Shown: positions 28,355 to 41,144 of the stretch, in pieces
How positions within the stretch are numbered: position 1 is the first letter of the stretch
How the letters are laid out: each line of letters begins with the position of its first letter
NCBI GenBank assembly: GCA_964016885.1
Contig: OZ024747.1
Span: 33,108,001 to 33,172,000, forward strand
DNA length: 64,000 nt
Direction of reading: 5' to 3'
DNA from: Eledone cirrhosa
Lineage: Eukaryota
The notes under the pieces: model-generated
The model's input: only the letters and a program-made list of their open reading frames with translations
Told to the model about the DNA's origin: nothing
The model's database searches: none
Program-made: the position numbers and the translations under genes

Positions 28355-28574
28355 TGGTATGTTTATATACATCTTTTCTTCTAACTTTGATTTTATACCT
28401 AATTGTGTATGGTTGACGATATATTTAATCGATTTCCACGTGCTATTGAAATGCTGGGTAAATCTTCTATAGCTGTTGATCGCGAATAGATGGCTGTCGT
28501 TTATTTATCTATTATTTCTTCATAGGTGCCTTTTAATCTTATAGCCTGGTTTAATTGTTTTTTTTTTTGTGTGG

Positions 28575-29297
28575 TTGACCAGGGTAAGAAAAGGATGGAA
28601 GAATTACAGGGAGCTACTGCCACTGCTAGCTGCAAAACGCTTTCCCTCAAAATGAAAGGCAGACTGTATGATGCGTGTATACGAACAGCAATGTTACATA
28701 GTAGTGAGACCTGGGCGCTGTCTGTAGAAGACTTGCATAGATTAGAAACAAATGAAGCTTGCATACTCCGATGGATGTGTAATAGTAATATACGCGAACG
28801 GCAAAGCATAAATGAATTGAGAGAGAGACTGAGTATAAGAGGAATCAAATGGTGTGTGCAGGAGAGGCGGTTGCGTTGGTATGGACATGTGATGCGTATG
28901 AAGGATGACAGCTGCCTAAAAAGGTGCAGAGCACTAGAGATCGATGGAAACCGCCGAGTGGGGAGACCCGAGAAAACCTGAGATGAGGTGATAAAAGCCA
29001 ACCTTACCCAATTACACCACTCAAAGGCGATGACACATTGATGTGACCTCTGGCGTCACACAGTAGACCCAACCCCCCATGGGTATAAACCGAAGCTGAA
29101 GAATATAGACAACATGCCCCCACACCCTCCCACTGCAAAGTGGTCGTGGGGGCGCCACGGCATAAAAGCACCCAGCCCACACTGTAAAGTGCACGGGTAT
29201 CAGTTCCCTTTAGAGCAAGGCATGGTCAGCCGACCAGACACTGTCCACAACAGGACAACCCGTCTAACCTATGCCGCGTGGAAGAACGGACGTAAAA

Positions 29298-29301
<4 letters not shown>
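28575..29301 (+). mobile_element. RTE LINE 3' fragment
   Basis: MKGRLYDACIRTAMLHSSETW...RRLRWYGHVMRMKDD...GRPEKT, then 3' UTR. Confidence 0.92.
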
Positions 29302-29396
<95 letters not shown>

Positions 29397-29402
29397 TATA
29401 TA

Positions 29403-29650
29403 TAAACAATATTATTACATGGAAAATATCTTTATAATACAATTTTTATTTTATTTTACGTATTTCAAGGACACAAAATTTTAGTGTGCTTTCATCAGAT
29501 AGAATAGAATATTTGGGTGTTAAGATATTGACATACCTTAGCATAGACTTAATAGTATAAGCTCGCTAACAGCAGCGACCTGTCCTTGAAATACGTATAA
29601 TAAAATAAATATGGTATTATAAATATATTTTCCATGTATTAATATTGTTA
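29403..29650. mobile_element. Foldback pLTR-like unit carrying an HHR (63249 family)
   Basis: Inverted arms ~29405-29473 / 29581-29648. Minus strand 29449-29504: ttctat CTGATGA AAGCACA...TGTGtcCTT GAAA tacgt; right arm has GAA ATACGTAT A^ATAAAA. Confidence 0.7.
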
Positions 29651-29739
29651 ATATTAATAATAATCCAGATAAACTGTAGAATGCTTCAAATCTGTTATAA
29701 AATTAACTTCGTTGAATGATAATCAACAAACCATATAAC

Positions 29740-30260
29740 TCATTGTTTAAATATATACACAAGCACAATAACAACAAACACATATAAACACACACTAATA
29801 AACTGAGATAGAATACAATAACCAAAACACAGTCACCCAAACGCGAACACACACCAAACACTATACACACACACAAACGCATCCGCAGAGACGAGGACAA
29901 AAATAAATCGATAAAATAAAAATGGCGTAGACACTACAATACATACAATACAGCAGGTAACACATGATAATAGTACCACTGATGATGTTGCAGATGTGCA
30001 ACGAAAGAAGTTTGTTAGACTATATATATATGTATTTATATTTGTATTTTAACCGTTGTTCAGTCAATGATAAAGAGTGATGATCAAATGAATTAACTGT
30101 GAAGATATAAAAAATGCAGAAGCGAAAACCAACCAGACAGTGAGTGTGTTCTGTTATTTCTGGCAATATTATTACAATAATATGACTCTCCCCAAGTATA
30201 ACAATATTTGTTTCGACACAGGATTTCATATCAAAAACCTTGCAAAACAAATTCATCGTC
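29740..30260 (+). mobile_element. Solo pLTR of PLE group B
   Basis: Homologous to 37810-38310 (+), 35810-36190 (-) and 44786-45020 (+); contains an HHR and a GT-AG intron. Confidence 0.85.
29971..30022 (+). ncRNA. Minimal hammerhead ribozyme (group B pLTR)
   Basis: tagtacca CTGATGA t GTTGCA-gatg-TGCAAC GAAA gaagtt tgttagacta; perfect 6-bp stem II; stems I and III imperfect in this copy. Confidence 0.75.
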
Positions 30261-30734
30261 GTCATATATATACATAGTGTGTGAGTGTGTGTGTGTGTGT
30301 GTAGTGTTAAACAGGTCTACACATTTTTTCTGCATTATGAAAACAATAAGATCTAATTTTACCAATTAACTAAAAATTGATAATCATAAACTAAATTCAA
30401 AGAGCAAAATAATAGCTGACTCATTTGTGTAGTTACTTCAGATAAATAATCTATATACACGTTTTTTTTTATTTGAGGTTCATAGAAAAGAACACTGGTC
30501 CAAATTATGATTATCTGATTATCCCTGTAAACAATAGTAAAGTATAGAAAATATAAAAATATCATTCAAACACCACTATATGCTTCAGGTACACTGGACA
30601 ATTCACTGATAATTGGAATATATTGCAGTTTTCACTTCACTGCAGTATGATACAATCTACCTTCAATTTAGACAATGAGTAAGTCAGTCATTTGATCAAT
30701 ATGCACCATGGTGTGAGTGCTTTGTCTTTTTCAT

Positions 30735-31035
30735 ATATTTAAGGACACAATGCGTGATAATGATAGACCCTTGAATTATAACTTCCACGCAATTTTCTTC
30801 GTACAAGGCTCCAATTGACATGAGGCTAATTATAGTGAAAGAAAAACATTTACATAAGGTGTTGTGAAATTGTCATGTACTTTTCATATATTCCCTATTC
30901 AGAATAAGGATGCAATGCATGATAAGGATGGGCCCTTGAATTATACCTTCCACACAATTTCCTACACACGAAATTAACTTACAAGGCTCTGATTGAATTG
31001 AGGCTAACTATAGTTTGCCTAAAATGTTGTGAAAT
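30735..31035. repeat. Diverged tandem duplication (~165-bp period)
   Basis: aatgcgtgataa...cccttgaattata.cttccac.caattt...tacaaggctc...tgaggctaa occurs at ~30749 and ~30914. Confidence 0.7.
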
Positions 31036-31446
31036 ACTGTCAAACAGCCACTACAACTTTGCAAAATTAACTTTTTAATCAGATAGAATCAGGCACAGAG
31101 TCTATATTTCCACAAATACGTATGAATCCATACACTGTTATTCTCTGTTGAAATTGCATACAATTTCATGTAAGATTCAATGAACTTGATAAATATCGAT
31201 AATTCCTATATGATAAAGAAATGTGTGACCATAAAGCAAACTGGAATCATAAAGTTGGTGTTAACTTCAACTTCAGTAGCTTTAAGTAGATGAGATACAT
31301 CTCTATCACTTTCCATGTGGCTTTGTGCCATATAACAAATATATTATACCATATATATATGTGTGTGCATGTGTGTATTTATATACATATATGTATATAC
31401 GTATACATATATACATATATATATATATATACATATATATATAAAT

Positions 31447-31551
<105 letters not shown>

Positions 31552-31599
31552 TATTAATGCCAAAAAAGAATTATGAGCACAACATACAAGTATAGAAAT

Positions 31600-33455
31600 A
31601 ACTGCATAAACAGTAATAACACTAACCATGTTAGGGCTGCGCATGGTAGTGGGGTGGCTAGTGCAGCCATGTGCAAGGACCCACCGACCATTATGAAGCA
31701 ATCGCACAACAACAACAATAACAGTAATAATGATGATAGTGATTCTAAATATTTTTCTTTGCAGAAAAGGAAAAATGAAAGAAAAAATCAACGAAAGATG
31801 ACACATCTCAGGATTGCCACCCTGAGAGGTAGATCGGGTGAGATAGTGGAGATGCTAAAGAGAAGATATGTGGATGTGTGCTGCCTGCAAGAAGTGATAT
31901 GGAGAGGTGCCTCAGCAAGAATAATCGCAGAGAAACACCTTAGCTATAAACTTCTCTGGGTAGGAAAAGATGATGGGATGGGTTTGTTAGGCATTCTACC
32001 AGCCGAGAAGTCGATCAACAAGACAATAGAGGTAGTTAGAGTCAGTAATAGAATCATTAAGATTAGATTAGTTGTAGGCAATAGACTGTTGACAATTATT
32101 TCTATCTATGCTCCCCAGGCCGGCCTAGGTAAAGAAGAGAAGGACGGCTTTTACAAGCAACTTCTAGAGACAACCATAATGACAGAGGACAGAGACCTAG
32201 TTATACTAGCAGAGGACTTCAATGGTTATGTTGGACAGCTCCAGGATGGATACACTGGGGTGAATGGTGGTCATGGTTACAGCTCAAGAAACGAAGAAGG
32301 ACTGAGGCTTCTTGAATTTTGTGATGCGAGTGAACTAACCATTTGCAAAGCTACAACTAGACAGAGGGTGACTTGGTGCTAGAACAGCATGTTAGATAGA
32401 GCCATTAGAGACAAAAGACTAGCACGGAATCATCGAAAAATTGTGGGGGAAGGGGGTAGGGATTGATACTCAGCCGCTAAAAGAGAAGCTAGATGTCAGG
32501 TATACTTAGCATGCAGGGAAGCTGTGAGTAGGAGGTTTGCCAACGTTTTGCGATGAGAGGATCAGAGACGTGCGGTGTTCCGCATTGCAAGGCAGCGTGT
32601 CAGTGTAAATCAGGATGTTGTTGGAGATAAGTATGTCCGAAATGATACTGGTAGACTTAGTGTCACTGATGCTAAGAAAAAAGAGGCATGGAAATGTCAT
32701 TATGAGAGACTGTTGAATGTTGAGAATGAATGGGAGAAAGAGAAACTACCCCCAACAGACACAACAGAGGGACCAGCTATTGAGATTGACGGCATGAATC
32801 CATACGTATGAATCCATACGTATGGATTCATGCCGTCAATCGGCAATTAAGGAAATGAAAACTGGTAAGGCCACTGGACTGTCAGGGATTGTTGCTGAGA
32901 TGCTGAAGGCATCAGGAGAAGTAGGAACTAAATTGGTTGCACACATATTCAATCAAGCTATATATGGCAGAGTCATACCCAAAGCATGGTGCAGCAGTAT
33001 TCTTATAAATTGTTACAAAGGTAAAAGGGATGCTCTGGAGAGGAGAAATTATAGGGGCATCAAACTGATGGATCAGGTTATGAAAGTGGCAGAAAGGATA
33101 TTAGCGCAACTAATTAGAGAAAGGGTCAAACTAGATGAGATGCAGTTTGGTTTTGTGCCTCAGAAAAGTACAACAGATGCCCTCTTCTTAGTGAGACAAC
33201 TACAAGACAGGTTCTCTGAGAATAATAAGCCACTATACTTAGCTTTTGTTGACCTAGAGAAGGCTTTGTTAGGGTACCCCAATCTGTCAACTAGTGGTCC
33301 GTAAGGAAATTAGGTATATAGGAATGGCTTGTGAGGACAGTGCAAGCTATGTACAGAGGAGCTGTCAGCAAAATGAGGGTAGGGATGGAGTTTAGTGAGG
33401 AATTCCAGATACAAGTAGGAGTGCGTCAGGGTTCAGTCCTCAGCCCACTCTCATT
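31600..33455 (+). mobile_element. RTE LINE 5' portion: APE endonuclease + partial RT, internally deleted
   Basis: ORF 31573-32382 has VDVCCLQE, ISIYAPQ, xDFN, RNEEG (APE motifs); then YRGIKL, MQFGF, LAFVDLEKA, GVRQGSVLSP. The sequence jumps at ~32350. Confidence 0.93.
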
Positions 33456-33535
33456 CATGAGGAAAGGCTTTGCACTCAACCAATCCCCCCCCCCTGAGCA
33501 TCGAAAACACTCTACACGTATATACATACATACAA

Positions 33536-33578
<43 letters not shown>

Positions 33579-33949
33579 AAATTGTCCTTGTATTATTATA
33601 TGTATATAATAATACAAGGACAATTTGGTTTACTAGCAGAAAAACCACCCTACGAGTGGTTTTCTGGTAGCATGTGTAGTGTGTATATTGATATTATACA
33701 CAAGTATATATGCATGTAGATATGATACATCAAATAAAATCGTAATTGACAATATACACAGAAATTGAACGAAGACTGCGTTACACTGTCTTATGTATCA
33801 ATAACGTAATACATGATACATTAAAAAAAAGACGATATTATATATAAATGTCATTAGGAGAAAATTACTGACAGGAAATTAATATGTTTATTTAAGCGAT
33901 CGCCACCGGAAGTGTTGAATATTTTAAAGAAGTGAATCTTTAAATAAAT

Positions 33950-34134
33950 AATTGTTTCTACTTTAGGCACAAGGCCAGCAAATACCCAGTGCATTACTGG
34001 TTCTTTATTTTATCGACCCCGTAAGGATGAAAAGCAAAGTCAACCTCGGCGGGATTTGAACTCAGATCGTAAAGGGACGTAACTATGCTGGAAAGCATGG
34101 TCTCTGACCCTCTACCGATACTGCCAATCCACCG
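33950..34134 (-). mobile_element. tRNA-derived SINE family 1
   Basis: Matches 17262-17450; flanked by the duplicated aatctttaaataaataat. Confidence 0.9.
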
Positions 34135-34304
34135 CAATCTTTAAATAAATAATAAATAATAAAATATATTTAATGAACATTTAGTAGCTAAATTATGTAA
34201 TATTCATTCATTATTTATTCAAAGTAATCCAACTTAGTTTACTAATGGGATGAAAAATTAGAAACCGTACACAGTCCCGACCTTCTTACATTATTATAGT
34301 TTAG

Positions 34305-34522
34305 ATTGATTGGTGACACGCGTTTCACTAGTGATCAGATAAAGGTTCAATCTATATCGATCTGGCCCGATTCTGGAATACAAAGCTTGTCACCAATCAA
34401 TAAATGTAATGAAGTCATAACAAATCATCCTTGTATTATCATATTTACACTCTGTTTAGCTGTACACCTCACTACATATGTGAATCTAAGCATCGAGTAC
34501 TCACCTGGGTGAACCTACAGTA
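34305..34522. mobile_element. Rearranged pLTR-like unit with an A8-type HHR motif
   Basis: Minus strand 34305-34395: ..TGACAA GC...GT GAA ACGCGTGT C^ACCAATCAAT; then a plus-strand tail. Unrearranged sister copy at ~63480-63700 (-). Confidence 0.6.
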
Positions 34523-34586
34523 AATTCACCTTACACTCTCTGAATATATATATATACATAAATAACTATATATACACACACATACG

Positions 34587-34632
<46 letters not shown>

Positions 34633-34633
34633 A

Positions 34634-35288
34634 ATATAAATTAGCGAGAATCGTATTTCGGCTTTGGAATTAGCGAAAAACAACTTCCGAGATGTGTGGC
34701 AAGCGCTCAATAATTCTGACGAACCAGAGCTACAACATACGTTAAAAGCCAAACACACTGAGACAATGGTTAAACCGTCATCCGTACAGCCATAGAAACG
34801 ACCAAGTAATTCGGGTCAAACAAATAAAAAAATATGTTATTGAAAAATTTACCCGGATCCCTGGACGGTTGGTAAAATCCGTCATTTGGGTTTCTGCGAC
34901 TCCTAAATCAAGTACTGTCCGCTTAGACAAATAATGTTAGGCTTCTGGTAAGATGATTGAACAAGGAAGTCACTTTCTCAACAGGTTTTAGTTCAAGTGC
35001 CAGGCAAAGGAATGACCGTTACCGATACCCACGTGGGGCTCGACAAGGGAGGCAACCCTTATTTTTGGCGGATGAAATTCAGTATGTGTATATTATTGCA
35101 AAAATGCAAAATATCACAAAACGAATTAAGCTCTCAACAGAATGGTTATAAGTTAACAAAAGCTATTCACCAGTCAATAGAATCAACTAAACAAATCAAG
35201 AAAATTAACTGGTCAATAGCTAGACTCTGGAGATTAATACAAATATAAATTAGCGAGAATCGTATTTCGGCTTTGGAATTTGCGAAAA

Positions 35289-35290
<2 letters not shown>
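34634..35290. repeat. Unclassified TA-flanked repeat with direct terminal duplication
   Basis: atataaattagcgagaatcgtatttcggctttggaatt.gcgaaaaa at 34634 and 35243; diverged homolog at ~53125-53340. Confidence 0.55.
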
Positions 35291-35334
<44 letters not shown>

Positions 35335-35336
<2 letters not shown>

Positions 35337-35600
35337 CTAATGAGGTCGTATAGGTGTCACGACAAAAAAAAAAACACACAGTCCACGCTGTAATGTGCCC
35401 GTGTAGGTAACACGGTAAAAAGCTCCCGGTCCACACTGTAAATGTGGTTGGTGTTAGGAAGGGCATCCAGCCATAGACAACCTGCCAGATAGTCCTATAT
35501 GAGCAAGACACGGTCACCCGACCAATGTTGCTTCAAGTGGGACAATTCCCGTCTAACCCATGCTAACGTGGAAGATAGCCGTTAAATGATGATGATGATG
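35335..35600 (+). mobile_element. RTE 3' UTR fragment
   Basis: cacactgtaaatgtggttggtgttaggaagggcatcc...(gat)n, as in 16740-16910. Confidence 0.85.
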
Positions 35601-35674
35601 TATATATATATATATATATATATACACATTTAAAAAAAAAATGCTATTACTTAATATATAACACAAGGTAATTA

Positions 35675-35744
35675 TTCCATTCCCAAAGGTTTCAGGTAAC
35701 TAGATGATCTTAACAGAAAGGTCCAGGAAGCTCATCAGATGAAA
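35675..35744 (-). ncRNA. Decayed hammerhead ribozyme motif (plus an inverted partial copy at 35761-35792)
   Basis: TTTCAT CTGATGA ...CTGGA...TCTAG... GAAAC ctttg GGA^ATGGAA; stem I pairs, but the cleavage triplet and the base of stem II are mutated. Confidence 0.5.
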
Positions 35745-35809
35745 TATTTATACATATATATAAATATTCTAGCTGATGAGCGTACTGGACCTATATGTAT
35801 GTATATATT

Positions 35810-38310
35810 TGTTTGCACGGTTTTTTATATGAAATCCTGTGTCGAAACAAATATTGTTATACTTGGGGAGGGTCACTGTTTGGTTGGTTTTCGCTTCTGT
35901 ATCTTTTATATCTTCATAGTTAATATATTTGGCCATCAATGTTTATCATTAATTAACCAAAAGTTAAAAATACAGATATAAATATATATATATAGTCTAT
36001 CAATTTTCTTTTGCTGCACATCTGTAACATCGTCAGTTGTACTATTATTATGTTGTATTGTAATGTTCGCGTTTGAGTGTATGTGTTTAATTTTTTGTAT
36101 TCTATTTTTGTTTACTAGTGTGTGTTTATATGTGTTTGTTGTTATTGTACTTGTGTATATATTTATTTATTTATTTATATTTCCCTTAAGTCAGTATTGT
36201 TTGTTTGTTTGGGTAAGGTTGTTGTTGTTATTCCATTCATTTTTTCTGTTTAATTTTGGTCTTCTAAGCTCTATCTCAGTAGCTTCTCTGATGTGCCTAC
36301 CTGTTGAGTCATTTCTATGTTTAGATATTATTTTCATTTCTATGTTGTCTATATTACCGTCATGTCTTTATCTGGCGTGTTCGTATAGTACTGAACCGTT
36401 ATTTTGTCCTTTTAATTCCTCCCAGTGTTGGTCTATTCTTTCTTCTATGATTCGAGCTGTCTCACCTATGTATGTCGTTGTCAAGTTTCTGCAAGTACCC
36501 TTTGTACATCTTATGCTATAGAGTACATTTCTAGTTTTACAATTTATCTGGGGGTTCACTTTACATATAACACATTTCTTATTAGTCCAGTGGGTTTTCT
36601 TAAAGTGTTATGCTTTGCTGAGCAGGGATTTTATGATAGTTCCTGGCTTTTCTATCACTTTAATCTTTAAGTGGGTCTTTCTTAGGGCCTTTCTACATTG
36701 GTTAGCTAATTTCCCCCCAGGAGTAACATCCACGAACATGACACTCTGGTATCTCTGGTTGTCGTACCATGAGGTGGCTTTCCCTATCTTATGTTTAGTC
36801 CTATCTAAGCTATTCCATGATTTGCTCTTGTATAATGGACAAATTCCTTTCATGTCCATTTCTATGAAGGTCTTATACTTCTCCGGCGCTCTTTTGTATA
36901 CTCGGATTCTGTCTCTTTGGTTGTAGCCAGAGAACTGCATGTGGTTGATGAAGTGTTGGATGTGTCTTTCCATTTCATTTGGGTCGCACATGCGGGACAC
37001 ATTCTTCATCACTCGTACCAAGTCTGCGATCAGAATATTAAACTTAGCACTATTAGACATTGCTGAGTTTTGGGTATCGGGTTTAGCATAGTGTGAGTGG
37101 AGAATTTGGGCCCTCATGTCTATAGTGTTAATCCAAAGTTCCGTGTCTAATACTGGTAGTCTATAGTTAGGGTGTTTGGAAAGGTAGTCAACAGTTACAG
37201 TTATACTCTGGTGTATGGAATTAGCTATCTGCTGGATGCTTTCCATTGTACTATCTTCTAAATTATGTTCATTAGTACTCTCTTGTGTTGGTGTTCTTAT
37301 TACTATATTAATATTGTATACGTAACGAGAGTACATGACGCGGTTTATGGAGTTCTTTGAGTCTCCTTTGCCACCATACCATAATGTGATTGGTACCATC
37401 ACCAGCTATGCTGACGCCAATGGCTGTTCCCTCATTCTGTGTGTATATCTGCGTTAAATTTAAACATGTGACCCATTAGGGTAGTTTTAATACTAGCTCC
37501 TATTGCATGTGCGACCATTTTTCTCACCTGATCATTGTTTTTGGGTGTTCGTATGACTTTGGTCCACCCATTCATCTTCCCACGGGAGTCTTTTTAGCCA
37601 TTGAGGTTATGCTGAGGGGTCTACCTCTCATGGGTCTACTGGGGTAGAAACAGCTAATGTCATGGTTATTTAGGTACTCGTTGTCATAAGTAAGTCTAAG
37701 TAAGTGGCCCAGTTCATCTGTCCACTTCGCAGGACTTCACCTCGCTCTCACTGATTATTTCCACACATTTTTCCACAGCAAAATCAACCACACCCAAACA
37801 AACAATATGACTTAAGGGAAATATAAATAAATAAATATATACACAAGTACAATAACAACAAACACATATAAACACACACTAGTAAACAAAAATAGAATAC
37901 AAAAACATAAACACATACACTCAAATGCGAAGACACATACCAAACGTATACACACACGCAAACGCATGCGCGGAGACGAAGACAAGAATAAATAATTAAA
38001 TAAATTAAATAAAAATGGCGTAGACATTACAGTACAATACAATACAATACAATGGGAGGGAACATAATAATAGTACCACTGATGATGTTGCAGATGTGCA
38101 ACGAAAGAACTTTGATAGACTATATATACATATTTATATCTGTATTTTTAACCGTTGGTCAATCAATGATAAACATTAATTGCCAAATATATTAACTATG
38201 GAGATATAAAAGATACAGAAGCGAAAACCATCCAAACAGTGAGTGTATTCTGTCATTATTTCTGGCAATATTATTACAACAATATGACCCTCCCCAAGTA
38301 TAACAATATA
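35810..38310 (-). mobile_element. Penelope-like retroelement (group B), 5'-truncated, flanked by inverted pLTRs
   Basis: RT region (LPVLDTELWI, ILIADLVR, VMFVDVTPGG, KVIEKPG) and GIY-YIG (NVLYSIRC...TYIGETAR); sense pLTR 35810-36190, inverted pLTR 37795-38310. Confidence 0.9.
38071..38122 (+). ncRNA. Minimal hammerhead ribozyme (group B pLTR)
   Basis: tagtacca CTGATGA t GTTGCA-gatg-TGCAAC GAA AGaaCT T^tgatagacta. The copy at 35993-36044 (-) has GAAA changed to AAAA. Confidence 0.8.
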
Positions 38311-38999
38311 TATATATATATATTTGTAAATGTGTGAGATCCTTGGTACAGTTAGTTATATTTGAAAAAGAGGAAAAGAATGACTTCACTTGTAGTTCTA
38401 AATAATTTGATTTAATTTTATAATATTATAATATTATGAGTTGGTAGATCTAGTAAGTTCTTTGTTAACTTTGGTGGGAAGAATTTTAAAGATTCCTGGT
38501 TAACTTTCTTGGAGAACTTTCTCGCATTCGTACGGAACCTGGCCACAGAAATGTACATAGTGTTTGCTATAATACATTTTTGTAGGAATTTCACTAGTCC
38601 GGCCTCCTGTCATTTTACTCAATAATAATTAACTCCGTTCTCGCACCACCAACAAGATTCAACAACAAAGATGGATGAGTTGTATAACGTCGAGTGCTTT
38701 TTCTTATATTACATCATGGTTGGCTATACAGAATGAGCAGTTCTATCCAGTGGAGAACCACCAAACTTAAATATATATATTTATATATAGATACAATTTA
38801 AAAAATCACATCGTCCCGTTGATGATCCAAGATTTGACATCTATGATTAACTGATTAATAGTGAAATATATTTCTTCAATGGAAGTAACACATCAGAAGG
38901 AGTCAATGGCAGGGCTAATCCGGATGGGAGTGCAACACTCCTCCCTGGAACTACACTGCAACCTAATCCTAGAGGAAATGTAAACCAAAGTTTAATAAG

Positions 39000-39400
39000 C
39001 AGTGAGCAGACTTCGCCTACAATAGAAAACGAGGAAGCTGGCATGGTGGGCGCGGGAGCAGCGCAAACCCTGTGTGGGCCCAGAGGGGGTGAGGGGCATG
39101 GAAGATACGAGCCGCCTACCTTGCTACAAATGGGGGCAACACAGTTCAGGATTCTCCAATCGGCATGGCCAACCCAATAGGCAACCTCACTGCCTCTTCA
39201 GGGCCTTAGATAAGCACTTCCCTGGACCGCTCAGGTCCCGCACCATTTTCGACAGGCACAATTAGATTGTCCTGCTCCACAGCTGGAAATCTGGCACAAA
39301 ATATAGAAGCCTTAAACCGGAATAGATTGGGGGGACGTCCGCAGCTCCGGGGGAGTCAGCAGCCGGGGTGAGGCATGCAACAACAACCGAATGGCTTGTA
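39000..39400 (+). mobile_element. Penelope-like element (group A) internal fragment
   Basis: LFRALDKHFP...TIFDRHN / RLSCSTAGNLAQNIEALNRNRL, homologous to 12190-12340. Confidence 0.7.
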
Positions 39401-40458
39401 TGCACCTGCTCTGAATCACTCTATCACCATTCTGTTATGCACACATAGGATCTTATGAGGGTCCATGTTTTGTGTCCCTTTGTTCCTTGTTCCTTGTTCT
39501 CCGTGTGTGTGCCTGCTTTTGTGTTTATGTATAGTCTTTCTTCCGTTTGTTCCTATGTTCTCCGCGTGTCTGTGCCTGAATTTATATCTGTATGTTTCTT
39601 CTGTACTTATGTTCGTTTCCTACAGCTCGGTTCCGCATTCTAGCGGACGTGGTTGCCGCTGTTGATAGTGTTGATGCCAATGTGGTTGCAGCTGACTATT
39701 ATAGTGATTAATTGTTGTTCTGCACTGTGATTATTGCTGGCCTTGTGCCATAGGGTGGAAGTGATGATTGTCATTATTATTATGTTGGTACTGTTGTTCA
39801 TGTAGGAGTTTATTTACAGCGACCTGCACCACCAGGCCTTCTTTTGTTGCTGTTGTCACCGTGATGGGTTCATTACTGGTGTTGTTGTTGTTAGTGTTGC
39901 CGCTGCTTGGCTCTCAGGTAGTGTGTACTCGCTGCTATTAGCTGGGTACTAATATCACTACTGCTGCAACTACCAGTGTGGGCGATGGGTGGAGCTGCTG
40001 TTGATGCCGTTGTTGTCGCTGTTGTCTTGAGGATGGCTGCCATCAAGTGTGTATATCACCCTACCTCACAGTTCCGTTTATTGCTGTTGTTGTTGTCGTC
40101 GTCATTTGTTGTTAACGTTGTTGTTGTAGCTGTTATCTTCAATGTGGCTGTCACACGAAATATATACCTCACCCTCCCTCAAAGTTCCGTTTATTGCTTC
40201 AACTATCTACTGGATTCTGGCTACCAAAGACTATCGTTTGGTACAGATCAACACAACACCCTTGAGGGGTTACCTTTTTGTTGATTTACGACCCCAATGC
40301 ATGAATCATGATTTCACTAATTGATACGTGGTTAGCACTTTACTCCAGCAACGGCTGGGAGACCCTTGCAGGAACTGTGGATCAACAAGCAGAACAACAC
40401 ACACGCACACACACACGCACGTACACACGCACATAGACACACGCACATAGACCCCCCC

Positions 40459-40489
<31 letters not shown>

Positions 40490-40562
40490 TGCGTCGTCAA
40501 GTATGTAATTTGTAGAAATATCTTTTTTTGCATAAATTTCTACAAATTTCATACTTGACGAC

Positions 40563-40622
<60 letters not shown>

Positions 40623-40669
40623 CGATCCAATTTGGATTGCCTCGGAAACATAACCTTATTATGTAACAA

Positions 40670-40743
40670 GCTGTCTGATGATGACACGACACTCGCACAC
40701 AGAACAGTGTGGCCAGTGTCGTCACTGAAATATATATCACAGC
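40670..40743 (+). ncRNA. Type I hammerhead ribozyme with long stem II
   Basis: GCTGT CTGATGA TGAC(ac)GACACT..ACAC-agaaca-GTGT..AGTGTCGTCA ct GAA ATATATAT C^ACAGC; perfect stem I, AUC triplet. Confidence 0.8.
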
Positions 40744-40751
40744 ATTATTAT

Positions 40752-40940
40752 TGGTGGATTGGCAGTATCGGTAGAGGGTCGGACGCAATGCTTTCCAGCA
40801 TAGTTAAGTCCCTTTACGATCTGAGTTCAAATCCCGCCGAGGTTGACTTTGCCTTTCATCCTTACGAGGTCGATAAAATAAAGTACCAGTAATGCACTGG
40901 GTATTTGCTGGCCTTGTGCCTAAATTAGAAACAATTATTA
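40752..40940 (+). mobile_element. tRNA-derived SINE family 1 (full length)
   Basis: TGGCAGTATCGG A box, GAGTTCAAATCC B box, gcctttcatccttacgaggtcgataaaataaagtaccag domain, (TTA)n tail. Confidence 0.92.
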
Positions 40941-41056
40941 TTAAAGGACTTGAACATCTGAAACTACTTCGCTTTTCCTTATTCGATATTTACTCCGTCA
41001 CTCCTATGTGGAAAAAGTACGTTGAGTGCTTGAATTGAATTGCATCAATATTTACC

Positions 41057-41093
<37 letters not shown>

Positions 41094-41144
41094 AAGATGA
41101 ATATAAAATGAAAGTGCTTTTTAAAAAAAAAAGGAATTTATTAG

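Noticed and set aside
40752-40840. tRNA gene
   Set aside because: A and B boxes belong to a multi-copy SINE head; there is no full cloverleaf.
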